DNA of 64,000 nucleotides, from NCBI RefSeq assembly GCF_009914755.1, contig NC_060935.1; one strand, 5' to 3'. Position 1 is the first letter of the stretch, and each line of letters begins with the position of its first letter. The stretch comes from the human T2T-CHM13v2.0 reference genome, Homo sapiens. Made by a program: the position numbers and the translations under genes. The notes beneath the pieces are model-generated. The model was not told where the DNA came from. It worked only from the letters and a program-made list of their open reading frames with translations, and ran no database searches. Positions 60,192 to 64,000 of this stretch are shown here, in pieces.

Positions 60192-61469
60192 AGAAAAAAA
60201 CGGGACTTCACCAACTCAAGGTGGCCATGTTAACAGACACTGTTTTGCTGTCACTCATGATCAAAACCCGGCCCTTGCTGCCAAAGGCTGTCGCCAAATC
60301 AAAGATTCTTCCTTGCAAGATGCTGAGGACCATCTGGATCAGTCCAAGACACTCTTCTTTCTCATGTTACTTTCCTTGGGTTGGTTCATTAAACCCTTTT
60401 TCCTTTCCCTTTTTCTCTTTATGTTAAATATCACTTTGTTTAAGGTGAAATGTTTAATCTATAATATTTATATATAGATTAAATACACTACTATGTATAG
60501 TTTACAATGTTGACTGACTTGGTGGATTGGCTTGAGTGCCTGCAGCTCTAAGGAAAATTGCCTTCTTGGGAACTTCATGCAGCTCATGACTTTAATGATG
60601 AAAACAGCATCGATAAAAACTTGACCTTGTGAAAACACACAAACGTGCATGAACTTGATTACATCTGACATTGTGCCACTAACAACGGTGAGGGACTTGG
60701 ACTAGCAGAGAAAGGGTGAATAACATCTGAGTAGAGAAAATGGCATATGTGGCAAATATACAGAGATAAACAAGTTGCTTTCCAGTTGATAAATCATATT
60801 CTTCCTTGTTTTGACATATTCACAGGAGTCCTCTCTTTGACCTTTCTCCTCACCAGGCTTTACCTTTGAGTACACAGTGCATTGAGGTTTTATGGTAAAG
60901 GCCAACCTGAAAGGTGCCTGAAGGTGTGACACATGTTTAAGCTCTGAGTGCTGCTGGGATGCTCAGGTACAGACACCACCAAGTGTTGGCAGGTTACCTG
61001 CTAGCCAAAGAGAAAGGAAGAAAAGGGAGAGAAAGAAGTCAGAATGTGAGGTGTAATGTTCCCTGTAAGGGCCAGCTTATCCCAAAGATTGACCAAGTGG
61101 TCGCTATCTGGGAATACTTGAAGGGAGGTATGAAGGCCCCATTACCTTTAAAATATTTACATCATCTAAACAGTCCTTGTGGAGAATTAAAAGTTCTTTC
61201 TCAATGCCTTGGCAATTCTCATTGTCCAATCAGCTCTGGTTGATATTCCCACCAAAGCCCAAGACTAGCCTGGGGTCACCGCTGCACGCATGCCTCTTCT
61301 GTTTCTTTGCTCCTGCTGAGCTCTCTACTGCCTGAATTGACCCTCCACTCTCCCAGTTTTCCTTCATTCTTGGTTTCTGTTTATTTATGGTTTCTATTGC
61401 TTCAAAGCGTCTGCTTATAAAACCTTTTTAGATACAGGTTTTTCAACCTTTCTATTTCTACCTACCCTG

Positions 61470-61471
<2 letters not shown>

Positions 61472-61512
<41 letters not shown>
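61472..61512 (+). repeat. (TG)n microsatellite
   Basis: Direct reading. Confidence 0.95.
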
Positions 61513-61513
<1 letters not shown>

Positions 61514-61811
61514 TGTGCTCTAACACAGAGAATCTGATTAATTCAGTTTAGATGCTCTCCAATACAGAATTGTTCCTCCTGCATAAAGCTTTCTGGCAAG
61601 CCTATAACAGTCACCTTTGGGTCAGGGGTACTGGTTAAATTATGTGGCCAGGATGATGTTACAGTGGTCAACAGACACGTATAACCAGTGTGTAAGGAGT
61701 CACTCCTGGAAAGGGGGCTGCAGGCCTGGTATGTGCTGAGCAAATCATTAACTTCCCAAAAATACTCAGCTGCTTCACAGCCCCCACTAGGGTTGGCTAA
61801 TACTCCTGTTA

Positions 61812-64000
<2,189 letters not shown>

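Overview
Repeat-rich human genomic DNA from the MMP cluster (11q22 by recognition). It holds the complete 10-exon MMP13 (collagenase-3) gene on the minus strand: CDS 39474->28036, 1416 nt, 471 aa, all introns GT-AG, with its known proximal promoter. Directly upstream and in the same orientation (about 55057->42748) is a decayed, intron-containing MMP13-like paralogue. I could reconstruct its TATA box and exons 1-7 and 10. Exons 2-5 have exactly the MMP13 lengths (242/149/126/162 nt), and the [11 protein letters not shown] zinc motif and Met-turn are intact. It is disabled by stops, frameshifts and lost splice donors, so it looks like a lost member of the cluster rather than a retrocopy. Other features: an AP-1/RUNX cluster about 19.3 kb upstream of MMP13, a consensus CTCF site 3' of MMP13, a human-specific pre-Ta L1HS insertion with TSD, two twin-primed L1s, solo LTRs, a piggyBac MER75A MITE, a probable ancient Gypsy pol remnant, and many Alus. 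Repeat family names come from memory of consensus sequences, repeat boundaries are approximate, and I could not check annotation status.
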